The notes under the pieces are model-generated. The model was not told the DNA's origin, made no database searches, and saw only the letters and a program-made list of their open reading frames with translations. From Tilletiaria anomala UBC 951 (Eukaryota), in assembly GCF_000711695.1 (NCBI RefSeq), contig NW_013547021.1, forward strand, positions 124,001 through 188,000: a DNA stretch of 64,000 bases. Reading direction: 5' to 3'. Shown here in pieces: positions 27,242 to 37,400 of the stretch. The first letter of the stretch is position 1. Every line of letters begins with the position of its first letter. A program made the position numbers and the translations under genes.

Positions 27242-29434
27242 CTTTAGAGGATGTCGCCTTTCATGAACCAGGGAGCTGCACAATTAAGGCGTCTCTGGTC
27301 CAAAAAGGCAGTAAGGAGTCACGACGGGGACAAAGAAGGAGACCAACGAGCGCGGTCCTCCTCGTTCCCAACGTCGCGACTCATGCACTTGCGCAAGGCA
27401 CTGAGCGAGCAGCACCAGTGCCGTGGGCAGGGCTGATGCGGACTGTGCCGAAGAATGTCTGCTGAGCAGCCCCGAGCAGCAGATGATCTGATGCAACAGC
27501 ACGACAGCTTCAGAAGGGAATGTCCCAAAGACTGAGGATGCTCGCTTCTGTTGATACAGCGTAGTCTGCGGGTGGGGCGTACAGCGGAGAGGGAGCGATG
27601 GCCTGAGAATGGGGTGATAAACCGGCCAAGCCGCGAAGCCCCTCTTTTCGCCTGCACCGTCCGTGCGCTCCAGGCGGACAGCGTGCAGGTTGCCCTCGGA
27701 AATACAAGGCCTTCAGGCTCTGACGAGCGAGACGACCTGTGTGCAGACCTAGAGGAGGGCACACAAAGCGGGCCAGAGTGGTTCGAACGTCCAAAGTCGC
27801 GGGTGCGATGCGACTTTTCGAACCACGCCTCCTCGACCCCTCCTTCCGGCAGCTTCCGATCCCTACCCGGCTCGGAAGGCTGCTGGAGACCTGCTCGGCT
27901 TTGCCGATGCTCTGCTCGACGCTGTCAAGACAGAATCTTCGAGCACGGATCCGCTGAGCGAGGTTGACGGCCTTGGTGGGAGCTGGCGAGAGGAGAACCG
28001 CCAGGCAAAGAGAAGAAAACAGAGAAGAGAGTTTAGGCAGACTGCAGCAGCCAGAGGCTCTGGACGCCAGCACGTAACTGTGGAGAGGACTCTCCTGAAT
28101 CGAATCCAGTGGCAAATTCCCTCAATCTCCACATAGTTTGCCCCGAAAATCGAAATAGGTGCGGATGCCAGCTCGCGGCATGAAACAGGCATCTCGCCTC
28201 TCTCATTAGTTCCTGCGCAGCTGCGCCCACCACGGGGTAACGCAGCAGTCAAATCGAGTGTAGAGTGTTCCCTTGCACTTCACCAAACTGGGAGAAGAGA
28301 GGATTCACGTTTGACGGCTCATCACGGTCACCTACAGAGGTTGAAACCCATGCTTTCACACCCACCGCTATATATCAATTCCGGATTTATGGTAGAGCCG
28401 CCACCAAGTATTGCAAAATGGGCAGGCATCACAAGCACAGCATATCCAACAAAGCCAGGACATGTTTGATTTCCTTCACGAGGTGTTGGCTCTCGCGGCG
28501 TCAGGCGGTGCATCGCCGAATGTCTCATTAGGGCTGAAGCAATCCCAGGCTCTTGCCAACGGTCGAGTGTTCAGCGTTCAGCATATCAGTATCCAGCGTT
28601 CAGCGCTCAGGCCCACGAGGCACAGACCTGCTCAGACACGCCCTGATATCTGTCGCGACAGGTCGGGAGCCGTGAATTGCCTACATGAGGGCATGATGCA
28701 TGATATATACATGTACGACAAAAGCCCAGAACGATGTACGTGCACACCATCCGCAAGGCGTAAGGCGCACAGTATTCAACTTCTACGAAGGAAAGCACCA
28801 TTCGAAGTCCGGCCACACACGGTCAAGGAACCTATCAGTGTATGACCAGGTGTGAATGTGACCTCATGTGCGACCCAACTCGGCCTCCACCAGCCACGTC
28901 TCTCAGCAGACCCGCTACTGCCGGCATGCTGGAACATGTGCACTGCGACTGTGCGACGTACGAGTTACGGCCAATGTACGCGCTCCCGTGTATAGTATCA
29001 GCAGGTATCAGTGTGTTCCCCTCTTTGGTCGACGTCATGTCACCTACCAGATCTGGCAAGGCTCCGATTCTCGAACGCAGTGTCGCATTTGTGCTGCTCT
29101 GATGCTGCGTTCCAGTGTCACAGGCTCACCGTATAGCTAGGTACGCTGACTTTCGACCTGCAAACAGGTCAAAGTGGCGACATTCTTAGCCGGACTTACA
29201 TCTTTCGTTGTTGAATCCTGCCATCCATACAGCATTCGCCTGACTAACCCTCTCCTAGACGGAAGTGTTGTCGAAGACGAGGTGCCTTCTGACACGATCC
29301 TACTTAGGTTTTTATCCCCCTTGGAGAGGGGTTGGAGCCCAAGTCTCGGGAAGACTTTCAATTCGTGCTGGACACAAATTGGGACGTCAAAGCTGGCAGT
29401 CTAACATTTATCCTGCAGGCAGGAACAAGCAACA

Positions 29435-30553
29435 ATGCAGCATTTACGTGCGGGTCCATTGCTGCTTAGCGCTCCGATATTTGCACTCGTTTTGTGGATC
29501 TCTCTCGCTTCCGCCCATGTCTTTGCCCTCCCGCCTGACGTGCTAGCATTTCGCCGCGACTGGCATGATGCTCTGCAGCCGTCAGCACGTGGTGCAGATG
29601 ATCCCATCGACTTGTCGGCCGATTCGACGGGAAATGTTCGACGCCTTTTGCAGCTAGGCCTGCCATCCGCGCCGAGCGTGCAAAGCATGCCCTCCAACAA
29701 TCCAAACTACAATGTACCACAGGTACGTCGTGATCTGCTCAACGTCATGGCATGGGCGGGCGATACGGGTGCTTTGCAAGGAGATGAGCTTGACGAAACC
29801 GTGGCCGCCATCATGTCTGCCGCTGCACGCTACTTTCCCGAGGTGCCGACTAGAGCCATGTGCCGCACGCTCATCGCAGACATCAAGACAGAGAGTGATT
29901 TCAACACTTCACTCATCTCCGGTGGCCGCCTCGACTCAGGAAGCTCTTGGGGCCTGCTTCAAGTCAGCCCTGGCGGAGGCTCGCAGGAACTCAAGTTGTT
30001 CAAGCAGCACGCACAAGTCGCGCGCAATACATTCTCATGGGCACCCACTGCGAGCTCGTTGGGTCCGCTCATCGATTGGCAAAGTGGGGAGCAAGTGGAT
30101 CTCGATTCATTGACCAATGATGACCTTTTTCGGCCATGGATCAACATCCATGTTGCCGCCTGGATCCAGTCCAACAGTGCTCGCACTTCTAGCCAGGATC
30201 CTGCAGATTGGCCCAATATTGCCTTTGCTGCAGCGAACGTGCGCAAGCAGGCACAAGTCGGTGCGAACCCCGGCACAGATCAGACTGCTAGTCAGCTGGC
30301 TTCTGCTCGTCAGCAATTGAAGAGCCAATTGCAAGGAGCTGGTCTCCCAAGATCCGTCCGAACAGGACTCGGAACCTGGGTTGCTGGAGCCGCAACCGAC
30401 GGATATGGGTCGTACATGCAAGCAGGCGATGACATCAGCCGGCAGTACATTTCTACGATCGCTAAGGCAGTCAGCCATCTTTACGGCTACACAGTTTCAA
30501 CTGCTTGGTTCAACGGCCTTCAAGTGAACGCAGGCCTGGTGGATTACCAGTAG
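29435..30553 (+). CDS. Secreted lysozyme-like (SLT/GH23-like) protein, intronless, 372 aa
   Basis: Signal peptide (LLLSAPIFALVLWISLASAHVFA), then LIADIKTESDFN, SSWGLLQV and DLFRPWINIHVAAW in the order of SLT motifs. Confidence 0.7.
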   Translation: MQHLRAGPLLLSAPIFALVLWISLASAHVFALPPDVLAFRRDWHDALQPSARGADDPIDLSADSTGNVRRLLQLGLPSAPSVQSMPSNNPNYNVPQVRRDLLNVMAWAGDTGALQGDELDETVAAIMSAAARYFPEVPTRAMCRTLIADIKTESDFNTSLISGGRLDSGSSWGLLQVSPGGGSQELKLFKQHAQVARNTFSWAPTASSLGPLIDWQSGEQVDLDSLTNDDLFRPWINIHVAAWIQSNSARTSSQDPADWPNIAFAAANVRKQAQVGANPGTDQTASQLASARQQLKSQLQGAGLPRSVRTGLGTWVAGAATDGYGSYMQAGDDISRQYISTIAKAVSHLYGYTVSTAWFNGLQVNAGLVDYQ

Positions 30554-30729
30554 CGGTTGCATCGCCCCCCTGGGTGCAGTCGGAGAGTGAGGCTCCGTAT
30601 TGCAGCTTGACGCGTTCGTTTCAACCTGAATGTAGCAATCAAGGTGCTATTTTGGGGTCCTTTGTACAAAAATAGTGGACGAGTCTGAGCCTACGCAGGA
30701 CAATCGCGGGAGCAGTGATAGATCACATA

Positions 30730-31289
30730 TCACACCACAGTACTCACATGCAGTACTGCAAGCACAAACTCTGTGCCTATCGAGAGTTTGAGCGCCATAT
30801 CCACTCATTTTTAACAATGGTCACAGTGTCTTCGTTAGTGCAGCGATGCTCCGTACTCACTTGGTACTATTAAAACCTCACTTCGGTCGCTGCGTAAGCG
30901 TATGAAAGACATTGTGCTATCTTGGACCTGTGGGACCGAAGGGTTCAGCTGCGCGCGTCCAGAATTTCCCAGGCAATAGGCGTTTGTTTTTAAGGCAGTC
31001 GACCGGGCATCGACAGTTGGGCACCCACATTTTCGATCTCGCCCATCCTCGCATTGAGATCTGAGACAGATGTCTTCACCAGCCTGACGACTGCCCGCAT
31101 TTTCGATTCGCCGGTTGTGCCCTCGAACTCTTGCCCGCCGGACCGAATTACCGCATATTTTGCGTCTTCTCGGCTGGGCCGACTTACGACTACGAATCCT
31201 ACCACATTACGATATGCTGTCAACTTCGCAATCGCGATATCGATATCTGTAGGGCTGGAACTCGCTGGTGGATTTGCAACGGTCGGCAT
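30730..31289 (-). CDS. Dynein light chain, roadblock/LC7 type, at least 3 exons; 3' end uncertain
   Basis: IAKLTAYRNVVGFVVVS... | ...MSFIRLRSDRSEVLIVP | STEFVLAVLH fits the roadblock pattern (FLRIRSKKxEIMVAP..xxLIVIQ). Confidence 0.75.
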
Positions 31290-31749
31290 CGAGCCGGGTT
31301 GCAACACTTGACGGAAGTCGTGTAGATCTCCCGCGGCTGGGAAGGCCCAAGACGCCCGACGCGACACAATCCACTGAGTACAGTGTGTCTTGAAAGATGC
31401 CGCTTGAGCGCCAGTGTGCTGTCTCTCCTCAAATCCGAGCGCGATCCGAAGGAATGCGTTGATGGGGCGGTATGGGTCGTTGCCAAGCACACCGTCGGTC
31501 TGGACATGGACGATTGCAAGCGTATGAGTGATGAAAGTTGAATGAGTTGAGACCTTCTGGTGCGCACAAACGAAAAGTACGTACATAAACAATCTAACAT
31601 CAGAGCCCCATCACCTCAGGATTTTCGTGCTTCATAGTTCTGAAACCTCATGCCCTTATCATATCCTTCATGCTTCAAAGCGCTATCTCTTTCCGAGCGT
31701 GACACATGGCAATATGTCGCGACTGAGACACACGCTTCCGCGACCAGTG

Positions 31750-32935
31750 CTCTCTTCATCCATGTCTTATGACTTGTGCATGCTGACTAAACCGACTCAT
31801 CAAACATCCAATGTCATCATTTGACATTACACATTGGTCTCGCTCAAGAGGGTATATGCAAGTAACAAGGTGACGAGTGCATAGCCCGTTCGCAAATTGG
31901 GTAGACCACATTTGGTTAGTAAAGGGTGAGAGTGAAGCCGGGGTGGCCATGACCTGTCACTTTCGCACTGTCCATTCCGAAGGCACGTGGAGGTTCGAGC
32001 GAATCCAGCCTATTGCTCGGAGGTCCTCGTCGTGGCCTGACTGCATCGCTAATGTGATTGACATTGATGATGTCCCAAATAAATGGCAAGATGTCAGGCA
32101 GCTTCAAAAGATCTCGACAGCTCTTCTATTCCTTCCACTTTACGGATGAACCGCTGTAGCACAAAGGATTGCTCTCTGAATGGCACTGGACTGTGGCCGA
32201 CTTAAGGAGGTCCGAGATGTGGAAGTCCGCGATGCCAATAGAATGTGTGAAAGCCTCGTCATGGATGCTCGCAGTGCAGGGGTGAAGAGGTCTGCCGGAT
32301 AATCTGCGCTGGTGACGTCATTTATCATGATTTGCTCCTGCTCCAACCCTTGTCAACTGATCGCCAAGCTGCTCGGGAAACGGGACAATGTTGTCGTAAC
32401 ATGAGTTGAGTTCCACGTGGATGGCGAGGCGATAGTCGGAGTTCAACATTTCTACTCCTTGTGCTTTGAACTTGTTATAGGTCGTTGCGATGCGGGCGAG
32501 GTCCTCCTGCATGCCTTCCGCAGAGCTCTTCTTGACTGTCCAAAGTCTCTCCTGAGGATGAGGAGGGCAACTCTCTTCTTTGGCTGATACTTGGCTTCCA
32601 GGGTGCAACACAGCTCCTTGGCCGTCTTAACCATGCGGCTCAAACCAGTGATCTTGCCGTCAATGACAAGCGCCAGCGTCGTCAAGGCCCCATCCGTTCT
32701 GCGCTCGCATTCAGCGCTGGTGCCGTCGTCGTTCCGGGGCATTCTGATCGTGACGGTCACCTAGCCACACATGCCGCACTTGATCATCAGCATCCCGCCG
32801 TTCAAAGCCTACATGTCCAAGTTGCTGCCATGCAGATTCTCGATGCTGACCGTGGCTCCCCGTCGAGGTCACACTTGGTGACATCTTGGTCTTGTGCGTC
32901 ACATCTCTTGAGTGTTCAAGCCACACTTGGGCTTT
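31750..32935 (-). mobile_element. Degenerate Ty1/copia 5' internal region (gag and protease)
   Basis: Frameshifted gag-like sequence (KTAKELCCTLEAKYQPK..., EGMQEDLARIATTYNKFKAQGVEM) and protease-like FIWDIINVNHI / LEPPRAFGMDSAKVTGHG downstream of a PBS. Confidence 0.75.
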
Positions 32936-32947
32936 GGGCTCATAATA
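32936..32947 (-). other. Copia/Ty5-type primer binding site
   Basis: Minus strand reads TATTATGAGCCC directly after the LTR, close to the GGTTATGAGCCC half-tRNA(iMet) PBS known for Ty5-type elements. Confidence 0.7.
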
Positions 32948-33202
32948 TATTTAAGGAATGGCTCATTACGACCGAGATAAGATGCTCTGACCTCTTATGC
33001 TCTCTACGCTACACGAACTCTGGGTGCTGCATGCAACTCTTTATGCATTCACAGAATGCTGACTATAAGGAACAGCCACTGCAGCTTGGCCCTTGCTCTC
33101 GACCCTTCCACCACGTACGATGGTATTCCGTGGGCTGTGCTGCTTCGACGTGCTTCGCTCCATTGGCTCGGGTGTCCGCACTTCAGCTGTTCCTGCGTCT
33201 CA
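32948..33202 (-). repeat. LTR copy 1 (5' LTR, on the minus strand)
   Basis: Its reverse complement shares colinear blocks with 35995-36241: agccaaYggagcgaagca, gagagcaagg..agctRcagtggctg, cataaagag, ttcgtgtagcgtagaga, aagaggtcaga.catctt, gtaatgagcca. Confidence 0.85.
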
Positions 33203-33339
33203 TGCTTACCCTTAGCCACTGGTTTAATCGTGCCGCTATTGGGTAGCGGAAACGGCATGATGACTATAAGATCAGGCTTGCACAGTCGCATACGCCCTCT
33301 CCCTGTAATGTAGGGAATTACCACCGCAACGCAGAACAT

Positions 33340-35994
33340 GTCGGCCTATGCAGGTTGTGCAAGATATGGATGGTGAGCTGTGGCACCTACGCCTCGGTCA
33401 CGCAGGGCATGACTTGCACAACGCGACATGCAAGGCAAAGGGTTTACCCGTTATCAAAGGTGACCACGCAAGTGAAGCAGTGCGCTCAGAATAGCGGCCC
33501 ACGCCCCATACCGAACGGCAAGTGAAGAAAGCAGAGCACGGCATGTGCTTGAAGGGTATACATCGACACGTCTAGACCTATTGCCATTGGGAGCATAGCT
33601 GGCGTGCTCTACTTCTTAACCTTCACAGATAAAAGCTCGAGCAAGGCTTGGGTTGACACACTGACAGTTCGCAAGAATATTGCTAACGTCGTTGACAACT
33701 GGATCCGCTAAATAAAGGAGAAGGGCAAGGGGATGGTCAAGTTCCTTCACTCAAATAACAGTAGCAAGTATGACGACATGTGGGTGTAGCACCTCCTCTG
33801 ACGACAGCGTCTGGTACGAAAGGTCGGCCCATGTACGGCTCAACAGAACGGGCACCGAACTCCTCAATCTGGCTCTCGTGAACATGATCCTAGCATGGAT
33901 GAGTGAGTTGAAGCTAGAAAAAGCACTCTTGAGTGAGTTAGTCTCAGCAGCAGCCTACACATACAATCATCACTGCGCCCACATCGCACATCGCATTGGT
34001 CGCACGACATTCCAGATTCCAGCAGAAGCGCACCATGATTGCAAGGCATCGATCGACCTCCTTCACGCAATAGGCGTTTCGGCCTACTTCGTGCGCGATG
34101 GAGGCTGCAAGGCATTAAATCAGATCAACGCATAGTGAAGGGCGTTTTTGTCGGGTACGACAGTGCTACGACGTACCTTGTCTGGATCCCCAGCCTCAAG
34201 CAGCTCATTCGGTTTCGATACATCAGGGTGATCGAGACACCCGACAGACCTGCCGCACGCTGACAAGGAAGAGCATCAAACCGGTAGCTGCGAGATCACT
34301 ATCATTGGGGCTTCGAAGCAGCCACGCTGGAGTATGCGTCAGGCTTGCCTGGCGAGAAAGAGGAACAGCGACCGGCGTAGCAGGAGGCACCAATGCAAGA
34401 AGTTGAAGAAGAGCTATTCTTACAAACGCACCAAGAACCAACTTGAGAAAAGTCGACTCATGCAAACAAGCTACCAGGAAAATTTAGGCGCGTAGCGTCA
34501 TCCTACTCATCAGCCACCATTTCCTCCGATCCAGCAGAGACTTGCACATACACGGAGGCCCTTGGAAGTAACGATAGTGACAAGTGGAGCTCCGTAATCA
34601 AATGCAAACTCGACAGCCTCAAGAACAGTGAATGATGGGTTGAGGCAAACTCCCATCGCAGAAACGAGCCGTGGGTGCGAAGTCGGGATTTAAGGTCAAA
34701 CATGATCGTTACGGTAATGCCCCAACGGAATAAACCGGGGACTAGTCGCCAGGGATTTCTCGCAGATCGAGGGGGAGGAATACCATGAGCTGTATGTGGC
34801 TGTCTCCTGACTGACCACCCTCAGCACAGTAATCGCTTTGGCTGTCATGAACAATTGGCATCCCCATCATCGAAATGTCGAAACCTCCAAGCACTACAGG
34901 GAGTGCGTGGAAGACGCCTACTTTGAATCACCTGGTGGAGTGCATTGCTTGGACAGCAAGCATTTGCGTTTCTGCCAGAGTATTTACGGCGGACGGCAAG
35001 TAGGTCGGAACTGACACAGTAGGCTTGACACGACCTTTCGGCCGATCGGCGAAACCAATGGCGAAGGCAACAATGCCTATCGGCTTTAGTTGACGGCCTT
35101 GTCATCGCAACCCCAGCATTAGGGGGGACGGCCCTTCGACCTCGAGGCCTGCTGTTCAAGGTCTTCCACATCAAGGACCTTGGGTCGCTTCATTCCTGCC
35201 TTGGCTGACGGATCCATCGTAACGCGCACAAAAGCAGCATCTTCGTAGACCAGGCGGCCTAAGCAAAGTCGATACTTCAAAGGGTCGACATGGTAGAGTG
35301 CAAGGCTATCGCAACTCCCGCCTCGAACGCGCATTGGGGCGTGGATGCTACTGAGAAGATTGAGACTAAGCATTTTTACCCCGCAGCCATTGGATCGTTG
35401 CTCTATCTCGTACTTGAGACACGGCCTGACCTGGCTCGATCTCCAGGGCTGGGCAGGACAGCACGGAGCCGACGGCAGCAGCTTGGCAGGATGCCAAGAG
35501 GATCATGCGGTACCCTTGAGGAATCTGCAAACCTCGGGATTGAGTACAAGCGCGCCAGCAGTACGATCTTAGTCGGCTTCTGTGGTTCAGACTGGGTAAG
35601 CGGCAACGACAGGAAGACTGTGAAGGACTGCGTGTTCTGCATCCCATTGGACGTCATCAGCTGGTTGTCATGGAATCAGTGCAAGGCTGCGCTTTCTTCA
35701 CAGGAGGCAGAGCTGACGGCAGCAAGCGAGGCAGCTTGGCTGCAGAAGGTTCTTCAGGATCCGCGTATTCCAATGAGCATGGCTATCAAAAGCATGCAAG
35801 AAGCAAGTAATATGACGCCGAGCTCAAGTATTCACAAGAAGCATAAGAGAGCAGTCAAGTTCGAGAGGTTCGACAGCAATGCCAATGTCGCCGACTCACT
35901 TACCAAGCTGCTGCAGAGTAAGCAATTGGAAATGCATCACCCGACAGTCAGTATCGTCGACTACGCGAGACAACCGCTGGCCGCCGAGGAGGAG
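33340..35994 (+). mobile_element. Degenerate Ty1/copia pol 3' half (GAG-pre-integrase, integrase, RT, RNase H) ending in a polypurine tract
   Basis: ELWHLRLGH, HIDT, YFLTFTD, QQNG, KGVFVGYD, LVDGLVIA (decayed YVDD), IGSLLYL..TRPDL, GFCGSDW...RKT, ALSSQEAEL, NVADSLTK, PPT gaggaggag. Many stops and frameshifts. Confidence 0.9.
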
Positions 35995-36241
35995 TGTCGC
36001 AGGACCCGCGGTAGCACAGATGCTTCTAGCCAACGGAGCGAAGCAGAACAACCCAAAGAGTCCTGTGGATAGTCATGGAAGATCCGAGAGCAAGGAACGA
36101 GCTACAGTGGCTGCCCATGAAGTCAACACGTTGTAGATACATAAAGAGCATAACAACGCGCTCAGAGTTTCGTGTAGCGTAGAGAACAACAAGAGGTCAG
36201 ATCATCTTCCCTTGATAGTAATGAGCCAAGGCTTCAATGCA
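35995..36241 (+). repeat. LTR copy 2 (3' LTR)
   Basis: Starts with TG right after the PPT, ends with CA, about 247 bp, homologous to 32948-33202(-). Confidence 0.85.
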
Positions 36242-36249
36242 GGTATGTA

Positions 36250-36610
36250 TCATGTCGATCAGCGTAGAGTCCGAATAATAGACACGGAACGCAACGTGTT
36301 GAGAAGTGGTTTCATTGCGCCATCTCCTGTCAAAATTTGGATTTCCTCTCAGCACTTACAACTCATACTTCTTTGCATACGAGTATGTAGGTATTCACTT
36401 CACGAAAAATGGTCAAATGGATGATACAGTCCTACCGACTCTGATATCTTACTCCCGGCCGTCCTGTTCTCAGGCACAGCCCGGAATGCTATGCACAAAT
36501 AAGCACATAATGCTCAGACACCACTATGTCAGGGAGGTCGTGCAACGAGGAGAGTTCGGCACCAGAGCCATCGGAGCCTCAGCAGTTAGAGCCATATTCT
36601 ACAGGGCCTT
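36250..36610 (+). mobile_element. Second copia relic: RNase H C-terminal fragment
   Basis: SVESE*, VVSLRHLLSKFG, IHFTKN, KHIMLRHHYVREVVQRG, compared with consensus SSxEAEY, WLRxLLxELG, AKNP, KHIDxRYHFVRE. Confidence 0.7.
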
Positions 36611-36859
36611 GCAGCATCAGATCAGATACAGTCAGAACCTGTTTTATCCCAACAGTCAACACTTTTATTCGAACAACCAGCTCCCACACCCACACAATCT
36701 TCAACTCCTTTGTGGGATCGAGGAGCTAATGTTGCTGACCTTGTCGAGTCAAGCATATGAAGTAAAGCAGCACCGTGATATTTCCCTTACTTCGCCTATA
36801 AGACAGACACCTAGGTTCCATCCTTGATAACTAAAACGGATGCGCTCTTAATGGTATGT

Positions 36860-37400
36860 CTCATCCGACATTCCAGATCCGGCCAGCTTGTTTGAGACCA
36901 TACACCTTGCAAGTTGGTATGCCTTTCCACGTTTGCCTGACGCTTTGCCCTCAAAGCCTAGTGCAACATACAAACTTTGAGGCGAAATGCTTCATGCAGA
37001 GCGCATTCACAACGGCTGTTTTAACATACATTTGCTTTAAGTACAAATTAGCCGGTAAAACGCTATCGAGATGAGGCGGAAAGGTTGCGGAAGCGCTACT
37101 GATGCCAAGGGTCTCGCCATAACCAACTTCCTTGCCGGCTATCATTGAGGTCCTAGAGACAACGAGAATACACAGCGTTGGTACCCGAAAAATCTTGAAC
37201 TCATCGCCTTACTTATCAAGAGCACATAGCCTCCTACCCCTTGGCTATCAAGACGACAAAAGTGTGCCCTCAGCGGTCCCCACATGTATCTACTTTCAGT
37301 ATGTTCGATTTTAGGAGCTTTAGAAGCGCTTCAGGTCAGAGAATGACCCAACGAAATACCAATATCAACCGTGATGGCATTGGTAGGGCAAAAGACGCAA
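36860..37400 (-). mobile_element. Third copia relic: reverse transcriptase fragment
   Basis: GKEVGYGET, LKQMYVKTAVVNA (consensus HQMDVKTAFLNG) and VYGLKQAGRIWN on the minus strand. Confidence 0.75.

Noticed and set aside
32948..36241. Inverted terminal repeats suggesting a DIRS element or DNA transposon
   Set aside because: The repeats are flanked by a PBS and a PPT, the enzymes are copia-type in IN-RT-RH order, and no tyrosine recombinase or transposase is seen.
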